Program-made: the position numbers and the translations under genes
Source of the DNA: Lachnospiraceae bacterium
GTDB taxonomy: Bacteria > Bacillota > Clostridia > Lachnospirales > Lachnospiraceae
Assembly (NCBI GenBank): GCA_022793065.1
Contig: JAAWCE010000076.1
Location: forward strand, 595-64,594
DNA: 64,000 bases
Direction: 5' to 3'
The notes under the pieces: model-generated
Seen by the model: only the letters and a program-made list of their open reading frames with translations
Databases searched by the model: none
What the model was told of the DNA's origin: nothing
In this document: one piece after another, positions 1 through 8,427 of the stretch
How the letters are laid out: every line of letters starts with the position of its first letter
Position numbering within the stretch: position 1 is the stretch's first letter

Positions 1-156
1 TCGCCGATAGATAAATCCACTGCCGGTTACGTCCTTGATGTCAACCGTTTGCTCCTCGTCTGTCTTAACAAGCGATTTTCCCTGTCCGCTGAAACAACTC
101 CCTCGGAAGTAAACCCTTTTATTGGAAATGACAGCAAATTTATAAAAAAGCGACAT
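1..156 (-). CDS. N-terminal 52 codons of a hypothetical protein whose ORF runs off the left edge
   Basis: Reverse-strand ATG at 156..154 opens a stop-free frame to position 1 (MSLFYKFAVISNKRVYFRGSCFSGQGKSLVKTDEEQTVDIKDVTGSGFIYRR). It is absent from the ORF track because no stop lies in the window. There is no convincing RBS. Confidence 0.3.
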   Translation of the reverse strand, partial: MSLFYKFAVISNKRVYFRGSCFSGQGKSLVKTDEEQTVDIKDVTGSGFIYRR

Positions 157-339
157 CAAAGGCCGGATAAATCGGTTGTGGTTGAAAGGAAGAAGGGGTA
201 GTGATATACTGTGAGGGTGCAATATTCAAAAAGTCCTTTTGATTTATCCATTGGAAAAGGCGTAAACATTATTAGTAGTAACAAGATTGCTGAGAGTAAA
301 CATGTGGTACCAAAAGCATTGGTAAGAAAGGTAATCCGA

Positions 340-1257
340 ATGAAAAAAAGGAGTTTTTTTAAGGGTGTGGTTTTAGTTCTTGCGGCTGCCGTCATAGCGG
401 GCGGGGCGCTGTATTTCTATCCGGCCTGGAGGGCTGCGAAGAAGCTGGAAGAAAATCTGGATTTCGGAGATTTTTCATATCGGCTGGAAGTGGAACTAAA
501 AAAGGAAGAATTGGACAGCGGACAGCAAAGAGTGTTGGGGATTTTGGCAGAACTTACAGGATTTGAAGAGGGAGCAATGTATTGTTATACCATAACGGGC
601 AGTGTATGGGACGATACCATACATGCGCTGATTTACCCCAAAGGGGCATCGGAACCTTTGTTTGAGCTCTATCTCAGCGAGGAGTTGGATGTAATAAATG
701 AAGCCATGTTGTATAATGTTGTGCGGAGAAATTTGTTAAAGGAAAATGCGCTGTTGAATTTTATAGTTCCAGTACAGGAAAAAGATATGTATATGTCTTT
801 GGAACAGGTGGAGAAACTTTTTCATATTGATTTAACCAGTGCAAAGACATTTACGTCCCCAGTTGCCAATACCAGATTTACAGTGATGCAATATTTTTGG
901 GGATTGGCAACCATGGCACATGAAGAAAATGAGAAGGGTGAAAGCTTTCGGGCAGTGACGGACCGGGCACAGATGGATCTGGAGTTGGCAGAGGGAGAAG
1001 AGGAATTTGTGGTAGAAGTAACGTTTTCGGTGGAAGATCCGGCGGAGGTATTGGTGGAGAATGAACAATTACTTAAGGGACTTGGGTTTGATTTGTCTGA
1101 TGAGAGGATGCGTATTCTGAAACGGTTATCCGTGTATGCTGTTTCGGGAGAAGGGAGAGGATTTCAGATGCCGACAGAGTTTGTCAGCCAGGATGTGATA
1201 GACATAATTTCCGGAATTCGGGGGTTGCTGTCAAATCCAGCAAAAGGAAGTTCATAG
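340..1257 (+). CDS. hypothetical membrane-anchored protein (single N-terminal TM helix, acidic extracytoplasmic part)
   Basis: This is track ORF 211..1257. The internal ATG at 340 gives MKKRSFFKGVVLVLAAAVIAGGALYFY, a classic positively charged N-terminus followed by a hydrophobic helix. I recognise no family motif. Confidence 0.55.
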   Translation: MKKRSFFKGVVLVLAAAVIAGGALYFYPAWRAAKKLEENLDFGDFSYRLEVELKKEELDSGQQRVLGILAELTGFEEGAMYCYTITGSVWDDTIHALIYPKGASEPLFELYLSEELDVINEAMLYNVVRRNLLKENALLNFIVPVQEKDMYMSLEQVEKLFHIDLTSAKTFTSPVANTRFTVMQYFWGLATMAHEENEKGESFRAVTDRAQMDLELAEGEEEFVVEVTFSVEDPAEVLVENEQLLKGLGFDLSDERMRILKRLSVYAVSGEGRGFQMPTEFVSQDVIDIISGIRGLLSNPAKGSS

Positions 1258-1292
1258 GAATGGGACTCTCTGACAGAGACGATTTGACAGGG

Positions 1293-1320
1293 TTGACAAA
1301 ATGCAAAAATGTGTTATAGT
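1293..1320 (+). promoter_or_regulatory. sigma-A type promoter (TTGACA, 16-nt spacer, TGtTATAGT extended -10)
   Basis: TTGACA lies at 1293..1298 and TATAGT at 1315..1320, preceded by TGT. The site is about 75 nt upstream of the 1397 start. Confidence 0.5.
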
Positions 1321-1396
1321 TACGTGGGCGTATGATGTACACTAATTATAGAAGACTTAGACATATTAGTATAGTAATAGCATAGAGGGTATAAAT

Positions 1397-2434
1397 TTGG
1401 ATATTTTTGATATGATTTTAGATGCGGTATTGGACAGTGTTAAATTAATTCCCTTTTTATTTCTGACCTATCTGGTAATGGAATATTTAGAACATAAGAC
1501 CGGAGAAGGTGCGCGGCGGCTGATGATAAGAATAGGAAAGAACGGCCGGAAACGTTTTCACGGAACCGACGCCGGAAAAAGAATCCGGGCCAAAAGCGCT
1601 TTGGGACAAGGAAACGAGGGAGAAAATCGGGAGCAGGATGGAAGAATTGGGAGAAATTTGGGCCAGGGGCTCCCAGGCGCAGATTTGGCGGAAGAAAATG
1701 GCCGGTGGGGATACGGTGGACTGGGGGCGGGACCCATCGTGGGCGGTTTGCTGGGAGTAGTACCTCAGTGTGGGTTTTCTGCGGCTGCTTCAAGTCTGTA
1801 TGCGGGGCGCATCATCACTTTAGGGACATTATTGGCGATTTATTTGTCTACTTCGGATGAGATGCTGCCATTGCTTCTTTCTGAGCGGGCGCCTGTGGAT
1901 ATGATAGCGGGCATTTTGCTGGTAAAGGCAGTTGTGGGTATGGCTGTAGGGTTGGGTGTTGATTTATTGCGGAGCCGGAAAGGGATTAGGGAGCAGGAGC
2001 GTATTCATGACATTTGCGAACAGGAGAAATGCCATTGTGAAAAAGGAATTTTACGTTCTGCCTTATCTCATACATTCCAGATTGCGTTTTTCATTTTTGT
2101 GGTTACGTTTGCATTGAATTTGGTTTTGCAGGTTACAGGGGAGGACGTGTTGGCAAATCTGATTTTGGACAGGCCTGTACTTGCGCCCGTGCTGGCCGGT
2201 GTAGTGGGGCTAATTCCCAATTGTGCTGGTTCTGTGGTGCTCACCCAGTTATATTTAAAAGGTACGATGGGAGTGGGAGCATTGATGGCGGGGTTGTTTG
2301 CCAATTCCGGTGTGGGGCTTCTGGTATTGTTCCGCGTCAACCATGACAGGAAAGAGAACTTGAAAATATTGGGAATCCTTTATGGAATCGGGGTTGTGGC
2401 AGGAATTTTAATCGGTATTGCAGCAGGACGTTAA
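1397..2434 (+). CDS. multi-pass membrane protein, putative 10-TM heavy-metal exporter family (ArsP_2-like, recalled), with a hydrophilic insertion
   Basis: The N-terminus MDIFDMILDAVLDSVKLIPFLFLTYLVMEYLEHK and the motif VPQCGFSAAASSLYAGRIITLGTLLAIYLSTSDEMLP are typical of this family as I recall it. The start is TTG at 1397, about 6 nt after AGAGGG. Confidence 0.6.
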   Translation: MDIFDMILDAVLDSVKLIPFLFLTYLVMEYLEHKTGEGARRLMIRIGKNGRKRFHGTDAGKRIRAKSALGQGNEGENREQDGRIGRNLGQGLPGADLAEENGRWGYGGLGAGPIVGGLLGVVPQCGFSAAASSLYAGRIITLGTLLAIYLSTSDEMLPLLLSERAPVDMIAGILLVKAVVGMAVGLGVDLLRSRKGIREQERIHDICEQEKCHCEKGILRSALSHTFQIAFFIFVVTFALNLVLQVTGEDVLANLILDRPVLAPVLAGVVGLIPNCAGSVVLTQLYLKGTMGVGALMAGLFANSGVGLLVLFRVNHDRKENLKILGILYGIGVVAGILIGIAAGR

Positions 2435-2537
2435 AGGGCGGCGTTACAAAGTGAGGACAAAAAGTATAGTTTTTGACTATGTTCTGCATAGTATTTAAGA
2501 ATCCGGGAAAAAAATATAAAAAAAATTAAAAAAACTC

Positions 2538-2566
2538 TTGCATTTCTTAAAAGATTGTAATATAAT
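2538..2566 (+). promoter_or_regulatory. strong sigma-A promoter for the tRNA (TTGCAT, 17-nt spacer, TATAAT) with an A-rich UP-like tract upstream
   Basis: TTGCAT lies at 2538..2543 and TATAAT at 2561..2566. A long A/T tract occupies 2505..2535. Confidence 0.6.
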
Positions 2567-2604
2567 ATATCTTGTTCGTAAGGGAAATACAAGACGAAAG
2601 AAAT

Positions 2605-2677
2605 GCACCGCTAGCTCAGTTGGTAGAGCACCTGACTCTTAATCAGGGTGTCCAGGGTTCGAGCCCCTGGCGGTGCA
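2605..2677 (+). tRNA. tRNA-Lys (anticodon CUU)
   Basis: The sequence folds as a cloverleaf. Acceptor stem GCACCGC pairs with GCGGTGC. The D-loop is AGCTCAGTTGGTAGAGC, the anticodon stem-loop is CCTGA-CTCTTAA-TCAGG (CTT), and the T-arm is GGTTCGAGCCC. The discriminator is A and no CCA is encoded. Confidence 0.92.
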
Positions 2678-2681
2678 TTTG

Positions 2682-2729
2682 GAAGAACTGATTTTGAGGA
2701 CGTAGGTGCCTTGGGGTCGGTTCTTTTTT
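2682..2729 (+). terminator. imperfect hairpin plus T-run after the tRNA
   Basis: GAAGAACTGA ... TCGGTTC is followed by TTTTTT. Confidence 0.45.
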
Positions 2730-2734
2730 CGTGT

Positions 2735-2767
2735 AAAAAGTCGGAAAGTTATAGTTCCGACTTTTTC
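2735..2767. terminator. bidirectional intrinsic terminator
   Basis: A perfect 11-bp stem (AAAAAGTCGGA / TCCGACTTTTT) encloses a 10-nt loop. A-run and T-run flank it on either side. Confidence 0.65.
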
Positions 2768-2791
2768 TAATGCCCTACAATGTGATATAAT
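2763..2791 (+). promoter_or_regulatory. extended -10 promoter (TGaTATAAT) upstream of the lspA-like gene
   Basis: TG lies at 2783..2784 and TATAAT at 2786..2791. The -35 element is weak. Confidence 0.4.
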
Positions 2792-2860
2792 CTAACCAAA
2801 AGCTAATAGCTTACTATTGTGAAAGAGGGATAGTTCCAACGAGCCCGAAGGAGGTAGAAA

Positions 2861-3367
2861 ATGACAGCGCTATGGTATCTATTGATTGTTTTTACGGTTT
2901 TTATCGGTGATATGGGGTTAAAAAATGTGATAGAGAAGGCATCATTTAGAAAAAGTGCTGCGGATGTGAGAGAAAAATCCGTTCAGACAGAAGAAAAGTA
3001 TAGGTTGCCCTGTGAGATTTTGGGCGGTCGGATTTTGATTCGGAGACACCATAACAAAGGCGCCGTTCTAAATTGGGGGCAAAACAGGCGTCCAGTGGTG
3101 GCGGCGTTGTCCATAGTAATGTCTCTGTTAATGACAGTTGTGTTTTTGCTCAGCCTGGGGCAGCGGGGAAATCGTTTGCTCAGGCTGGGGCTGTCCTTAT
3201 TGTTGGGCGGAGCATTCAGCAATACATATGACAGATTAAAAAGAGGATATGTGGTGGATTATTTCAGTGTTCATGTAAAGTGGAAATGGCTTGAAAATAT
3301 TGTATTTAATGTGTCGGACTTTTGTATTCTGATCGGAGCATGTCTTTTGGTGCTCGGAACAGCCTGA
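2861..3367 (+). CDS. lspA: lipoprotein signal peptidase (signal peptidase II) family protein, divergent
   Basis: The protein has four hydrophobic segments. Motifs are HHNKGAVLNWG (compare HRNxGAAWG), GGAFSNTYDRLKRGYVVDYF (catalytic Asp in N..DR) and FNVSDFCILIG (second catalytic Asp, compare FNxAD). Confidence 0.7.
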   Translation: MTALWYLLIVFTVFIGDMGLKNVIEKASFRKSAADVREKSVQTEEKYRLPCEILGGRILIRRHHNKGAVLNWGQNRRPVVAALSIVMSLLMTVVFLLSLGQRGNRLLRLGLSLLLGGAFSNTYDRLKRGYVVDYFSVHVKWKWLENIVFNVSDFCILIGACLLVLGTA

Positions 3368-3469
3368 TATAAAAACGAAAAACACTATGATAGGGATTCC
3401 TGTGAAAAAAGAAACAGGAATAAGCGGCAAAGTTTTTAACACAGAACTGTCCCGGAGTTGTGAATTTTT

Positions 3470-4405
3470 TTATGCGTGGATCGTGGTTCCTATGTTGCCT
3501 TTTACGGCGTCTTTTACCTGGCTCATAGAGGTAATCAGCGCTTTGCCGTGAGGAACCTTCTCCAGATAGTCAATGGCAGCTTCAATTTTGGGGAGCATGG
3601 TTCCGGCTTCAAATTGTCCCTGTGAGATGGCTTCTTTTGCTTCCGATACTGATAGAGAGGCAATGGGAGTTTGGGTTGGAGCGCCAAAGTTCCGGTAAAC
3701 ACAGTCTACGTTTGTCAATATGATGAGAACGTCACAGGCAAGATCCGCTGCCAGTTTGCCGGCAATTGCATCTTTTTCAATTACGGCCGACGCACCTTTT
3801 AAGATATGCTGCTGTTCGATTACGGGAATTCCACCGCCGCCGCAGGCAATAACCACTTGCCCTCCATCGGCAAGGGTGCGGATGGTTTCGATTTCTACAA
3901 TATCAATGGGAGTGGGCGCGGCAATGACACGGCGGAAGCCTTTTCCAGGATATTCTTTTACATAATTTCCCTTTTTTATCTCAATTTCAGCGTCCTCTTT
4001 GGACATGTAACGTCCGATGACTTTGGAGGGCTCATAAAAGGCTTCGTCATAGGGGTCTACGGTCACTTGAGTCAGTATGGTGCTGACAGGAATGGAGATC
4101 CCGCGGGAAAGCAATTCACTGCGCAAGGTGTTCTGGATATCATAACCCACGTAGCCCTGGCTCATTGCGGAACAGACACACATGGGGGCTGGCGTGTAAT
4201 CCATATAAACACGGTGCAGCTCCGTCATGGCTTTATGAATCATGCTAACCTGTGGGCCGTTGCTATGGGTAATGGTCAGTTGATAACCGGCTTCCACCAG
4301 GTCCGCAAGTGCTTTTGCAGTTACCTTTACGGCGTCTTTCTGTGCGCTGGTGGTATATCCTAATGCGTCATGCCCCAGGGATACGACTACTTTTTTCCGG
4401 TTCAT
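3470..4405 (-). CDS. arcC: carbamate kinase
   Basis: Supporting motifs are KKVVVSLGHDALG, ITHSNGPQV and a C-terminal GGGGIPV with IEKDAIAGKLAADL, the amino-acid-kinase fold signature. I chose the ATG at 4405, preceded by GAAAGGAAC. The track ORF extends 23 codons further upstream. Confidence 0.8.
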   Translation of the reverse strand: MNRKKVVVSLGHDALGYTTSAQKDAVKVTAKALADLVEAGYQLTITHSNGPQVSMIHKAMTELHRVYMDYTPAPMCVCSAMSQGYVGYDIQNTLRSELLSRGISIPVSTILTQVTVDPYDEAFYEPSKVIGRYMSKEDAEIEIKKGNYVKEYPGKGFRRVIAAPTPIDIVEIETIRTLADGGQVVIACGGGGIPVIEQQHILKGASAVIEKDAIAGKLAADLACDVLIILTNVDCVYRNFGAPTQTPIASLSVSEAKEAISQGQFEAGTMLPKIEAAIDYLEKVPHGKALITSMSQVKDAVKGNIGTTIHA

Positions 4406-4673
4406 AGATAAGTTCCTTTCTTCTATTAAAAATGTGAAATGCGTTTTAGCGCAAATGGAATCGAGAGTTGACACAATGTCCTTTTATGCCAACATTATAC
4501 CATAATTTCTATGGGGTGTATAGATTTTGTATTGCTTTTTCCATGGGAAAAGTGTATGCTAACAGTAAGGAAGGTGCTAAATATAGAAAGCGCGGAAATG
4601 TGTTCAACAGGTCTTTTTGCGTGTAGGCGCGCTGACAGGATCGGCACAAAACCGGGACAGGAGGGTTACGTAT

Positions 4674-6707
4674 ATGGAGAAAAAGATACTTTTTCCTCAG
4701 ATTGGCGGTTTGGTTCATGGGGGTGATTATAATCCGGAGCAATGGCTGGATAGACCGGACATATTAAAAGAAGATGTGCGGCTAATGAAGAAAGCCGGAA
4801 TAAACTGTGTGACCATGGGAGTATTTTCCTGGGCAACATATGAACCGGAAGAGGGGAATTTCTATTTTGAATGGATGGAAAAAATAGTCGAAAATCTGTA
4901 TCAGAATGGAATTTATACTATTTTATCCACACCCTCCGGCGCTCGTCCTGCATGGCTGGACGGAAAATATCTTGAGGCGATGCGTGTGGACAGCAAAGGA
5001 GTGCGGGATCACCATGGAAAGCGCCATAATCATTGTATGACTTCCGAGAGATTCCGGGAGAAGGTGGCTGTGATTGACAGAATGTTGGCGGAGCAGGTGG
5101 GGATGCATCCGGGTGTGATTATGTATCATATCTCCAATGAACTAGGTGGGGAATGTTTCTGCCCGCGCTGCGTCCAAAAATTTCAAATGTATTTGGCCGA
5201 ACGCTATGATTATGACATAGACAGATTGAACGCTGAGTGGTGGACTTCCTTCTGGAGTCATCATTATAATACTTTTTCGGAGATTGAGCCTCCCTTTGCC
5301 AATGGCGAGACAAGTATTATGGGATTGAACATGGAATGGAAGCGATTTACCACCTGGAATATGAATCATTTTATGAGATTTGAGATAGATGTGCTGAAAA
5401 GAGTTACGCCGGAGATTCCGGTGACAACCAATTTCATGTCTCTATTCGGCGGATTGGATTACCGGAAAATGGCGCCCGGTCTGGACGTGGTGTCCTGGGA
5501 CAATTATCCGGCATACCATAACGACGAACAGTCTTTTACGGAAACCATGGGGGAAACAGCATTTCACCATGCGGTTATGCGTTCTATGAAACGTGACAAG
5601 CCGTTTATGATGATGGAGAGTACGCCCAGTCTTGTGAACTGGCATCGGGTGAATAAATTAAAGCGTCCCGGCGTACATAAACTTTCCTGTATACAAGCTG
5701 TGGCATGTGGTTCTGATTCCGTACAGTATTTTCAGTGGAGAAAGGGCAGAGGTTCCTATGAGCAGTTCCACGGCGCGGTGGTGGATCATTTGGGAACGGA
5801 TGATACCAGAGTGTTTGGCGAAGTAGCGGAAGTGGGTGAGCTTCTTCAAAAAATAGCGCCGGTTGCCGGAACCACAGTTTCCGCAAAGGCTGCATTACTC
5901 TTTGACTGGGACAATAGGTGGGCGCTGTGGGATGTGAAGGCATTGGCCCAGGAGACGAAAAAGTATGAGGAAACCTGTATTGGTATCTGGCAGGAGTTTT
6001 TGAAATTGGGCGTAGATATGGATGTGGTGGGTTCAGATGAGGATTTGAACTGTTATGATGTGGTGGTGGCGCCCATGCTGTATTTGCTTCAGCCGGATAC
6101 GGCGGGAAATCTGAAATCTTTTGTGGAGCGGGGAGGCCAGTTGCTTGCCACATATCTTACGGGATACGTGGATGCGGCACAGTTGTGTTATTTGGGAGGT
6201 TTTCCGGGGGACGGTTTGAAAGAACTGTTTGGCGTCATTAGTGAAGAAATTGATTCCTATTATCCGTCCGACAGAAACGGAATCGCAATGAATGACGGGA
6301 GTAAATGGGAAGTTGTGGACTATGCGGAAATTCTGCGGGTGGCAGATGCGCAGGTTCTGGGGACCTATACGGAGGACTTTTATGAGGGAACCCCAGCGGT
6401 AACATGTAAAAATCATGGAAAGGGCAATGCTTATTATGTGGCGGCCAGAACCAATGCGGAGGAAATGAAGCCTTTATTTGAGAAGATGCTCGCAGATGGG
6501 GGGATTACTGTCAGGAAACTTCCGGAAGGCGTGGAATTCCATACCAGGAGCGGTGAAGAGGGCAGATTTGAGTTCTACTTGAATTGTACGGTTGATGCAG
6601 TAAAGATTTCAGGAGTAAATGGATTTGATATGGTATCGGCTGGAGAAGTGAAGGGTGAGATAACATTGCCGGGATATGGGGTGGCGGTGATTAGATTGCC
6701 GGAGTGA
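4674..6707 (+). CDS. beta-galactosidase, glycoside hydrolase family 42
   Basis: The N-terminus reads HGGDYNPEQW, and ISNELGG contains the acid/base Glu context. The size (677 aa) fits. The start is ATG 4674 after GGAGGG. Confidence 0.85.
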   Translation: MEKKILFPQIGGLVHGGDYNPEQWLDRPDILKEDVRLMKKAGINCVTMGVFSWATYEPEEGNFYFEWMEKIVENLYQNGIYTILSTPSGARPAWLDGKYLEAMRVDSKGVRDHHGKRHNHCMTSERFREKVAVIDRMLAEQVGMHPGVIMYHISNELGGECFCPRCVQKFQMYLAERYDYDIDRLNAEWWTSFWSHHYNTFSEIEPPFANGETSIMGLNMEWKRFTTWNMNHFMRFEIDVLKRVTPEIPVTTNFMSLFGGLDYRKMAPGLDVVSWDNYPAYHNDEQSFTETMGETAFHHAVMRSMKRDKPFMMMESTPSLVNWHRVNKLKRPGVHKLSCIQAVACGSDSVQYFQWRKGRGSYEQFHGAVVDHLGTDDTRVFGEVAEVGELLQKIAPVAGTTVSAKAALLFDWDNRWALWDVKALAQETKKYEETCIGIWQEFLKLGVDMDVVGSDEDLNCYDVVVAPMLYLLQPDTAGNLKSFVERGGQLLATYLTGYVDAAQLCYLGGFPGDGLKELFGVISEEIDSYYPSDRNGIAMNDGSKWEVVDYAEILRVADAQVLGTYTEDFYEGTPAVTCKNHGKGNAYYVAARTNAEEMKPLFEKMLADGGITVRKLPEGVEFHTRSGEEGRFEFYLNCTVDAVKISGVNGFDMVSAGEVKGEITLPGYGVAVIRLPE

Positions 6708-6792
6708 TTTTCTCAGAGGATTTGGCACAAAAGAGAAGTGAGTTTTTGTGTATGTACTGGGATTGACAAGTAAGAAACATATTAGAAACGAT

Positions 6793-6867
6793 GAAACAGC
6801 CGCTGGCGTAGGATTGGTTCTTGTGCAGTTTTAAGAAAGAACCCAAGCGTTCCAGGCGGCTGTTTTC
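6793..6867. terminator. compound (nested) hairpin between convergent genes
   Basis: The outer stem is AAACAGCCGCTGG ... CCAGGCGGCTGTTT and the inner stem is GGTTCTT ... AAGAACC. TTTT follows on the plus strand. Confidence 0.6.
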
Positions 6868-6920
6868 TGTTCGTATGTTTTTCCTGGAAAGGAATGTGTG
6901 TGAATGTGGTCATTTGGCCG

Positions 6921-8270
6921 TTAGATTGTCTTAGTACTACAGCTAAGCTGATTTATAACATGGTCAAGCACTTGAAAATAATCTTCAAATGTCTTGCGGC
7001 AGCAGGCAGGATTGTCAATGATCATCCCCGGACTACGGAGTCCTGTAAGGGAGAATCCCATGGCCATACGATGATCGTCGTAAGTTTCCACTATGGACGG
7101 CTTTGGATAACCAGGGTAAATCGTAATACTGTTTTCATCTGCTGCACAATGTATCCCCATTTTGGTCAGTTCGGTGACAATGGCGGACATACGGTCACAT
7201 TCTTGATAGCGAATGTGGCTGATGCCGGTGATTGTGGTGGGACAGTCTGCATAGGGGGCAATTGCGGCCAATGTGATAGCCTGGTCGGAGCAGGCGGACA
7301 TATCTGCCGTAACACCATGAAAAATACCCTTCGCAGGAGGCGCAAGCAATATGCCTTGTGATGTATCTTCGGCAGTACAGCCCATTTTCTCCAAGATTTT
7401 CAGGAAAGCCACATCCCCTTGAAGAGATTTAAAATGTACATGACGAACCAGCACATGAATATTGAAGAGAGGGCTTAAGGCATAGAAATAGCAGGCGGCG
7501 GAAACGTCCGGTTCAATTTGGTAATCCTGGGCCAGGTAATTTTGTCCGGCTTTGGTCAGAAATGCACTGGGAGAAATTCGGTCTGTAGAAACGCCGAATT
7601 GGGCCATCATTTTCTGTGTCATTTCAATGTAAGACATGCCGTGGGCGCCTTCTATATAAGTGGTAAAATCTTGCCCGCAAAGAGCGGAGGCAATTAGAAG
7701 GGCGCTGAGAAACTGGCTGCTGGCGTCGATGTTGACTGTAATATGGTCTTTGCTGAATCCGCGCCCACAGAGTGTAAAAGGGAAATGCCCTTCCTCCCCA
7801 TGATTTTCAGACAGTATTTCACAGCCAAGACATTTGAGGGAATCCAATAAGGGAGCCATAGGGCGTTTGCGCATTTGTTCCGAGGCATCTAAATGATAAG
7901 TACCATGGGACACTCCCAGATAGGCGGTCAGAAAGCGGGCGGCGGTTCCGGCGCTGCCCACATACAGGCTGGCTTCGCGGAGGGGAACGGCGCCGCCGCA
8001 TCCTTTGATAAAAATGGTGCGGTTCGCTTCGTCAACATGGGTTTCAAAGCCCAAATCCTGGACGCATTTTAGAAAATGCCTGGAATCATCGGAAAATAAT
8101 GCGCCTCTCAGCGTGGAAGCGCCCTGGGCCAACGTTGCCAGTAAAAGGGCTCGGTTGGTGATGCTTTTGGAACCAGGCACATCTACAGTCAGCGGAGCAG
8201 AGGCTGAAAATTTACTGCTTTGTAACTGTTCATATGGATAAGGAACTTCGTAAGTATGGAGATAAGGCAT
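6921..8270 (-). CDS. aroA: 3-phosphoshikimate 1-carboxyvinyltransferase (EPSP synthase)
   Basis: Supporting motifs are VPGSKSITNRALLLATLAQG, GSAGTAARFL and a C-terminal DDHRMAMGFSL. Confidence 0.9.
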   Translation of the reverse strand: MPYLHTYEVPYPYEQLQSSKFSASAPLTVDVPGSKSITNRALLLATLAQGASTLRGALFSDDSRHFLKCVQDLGFETHVDEANRTIFIKGCGGAVPLREASLYVGSAGTAARFLTAYLGVSHGTYHLDASEQMRKRPMAPLLDSLKCLGCEILSENHGEEGHFPFTLCGRGFSKDHITVNIDASSQFLSALLIASALCGQDFTTYIEGAHGMSYIEMTQKMMAQFGVSTDRISPSAFLTKAGQNYLAQDYQIEPDVSAACYFYALSPLFNIHVLVRHVHFKSLQGDVAFLKILEKMGCTAEDTSQGILLAPPAKGIFHGVTADMSACSDQAITLAAIAPYADCPTTITGISHIRYQECDRMSAIVTELTKMGIHCAADENSITIYPGYPKPSIVETYDDHRMAMGFSLTGLRSPGMIIDNPACCRKTFEDYFQVLDHVINQLSCSTKTI

Positions 8271-8427
8271 ATGAGACTTTCCTTTCTATTACAATATATA
8301 CAATATATTTATGGTGAATGGCTCTTACAGCCAGTATGGAATTATCCACCTTGCTGTTATGAGAAACGACGTGATTTGGTATGGGACCTGGAGCAGGTTC
8401 TTGCTATGAGGCCGGACAATTTATAGT

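Noticed and set aside
211-339. Upstream extensions of several track ORFs (211, 4617, 22115, 31440, 34354, 37949, 40705, the 43802 end of manA, the 4474 end of arcC, the 10155 end of the GT-C gene)
   Set aside because: In each case an internal ATG with a proper Shine-Dalgarno sequence gives the family-typical N-terminus. The extensions are just upstream stop-free sequence.
6894-7361. 155-aa plus-strand ORF antisense to aroA, and similar antisense ORFs inside arcC, GH42, glmS and other genes
   Set aside because: These ORFs lie wholly within well-supported conserved genes on the opposite strand. They have no RBS and no motifs.
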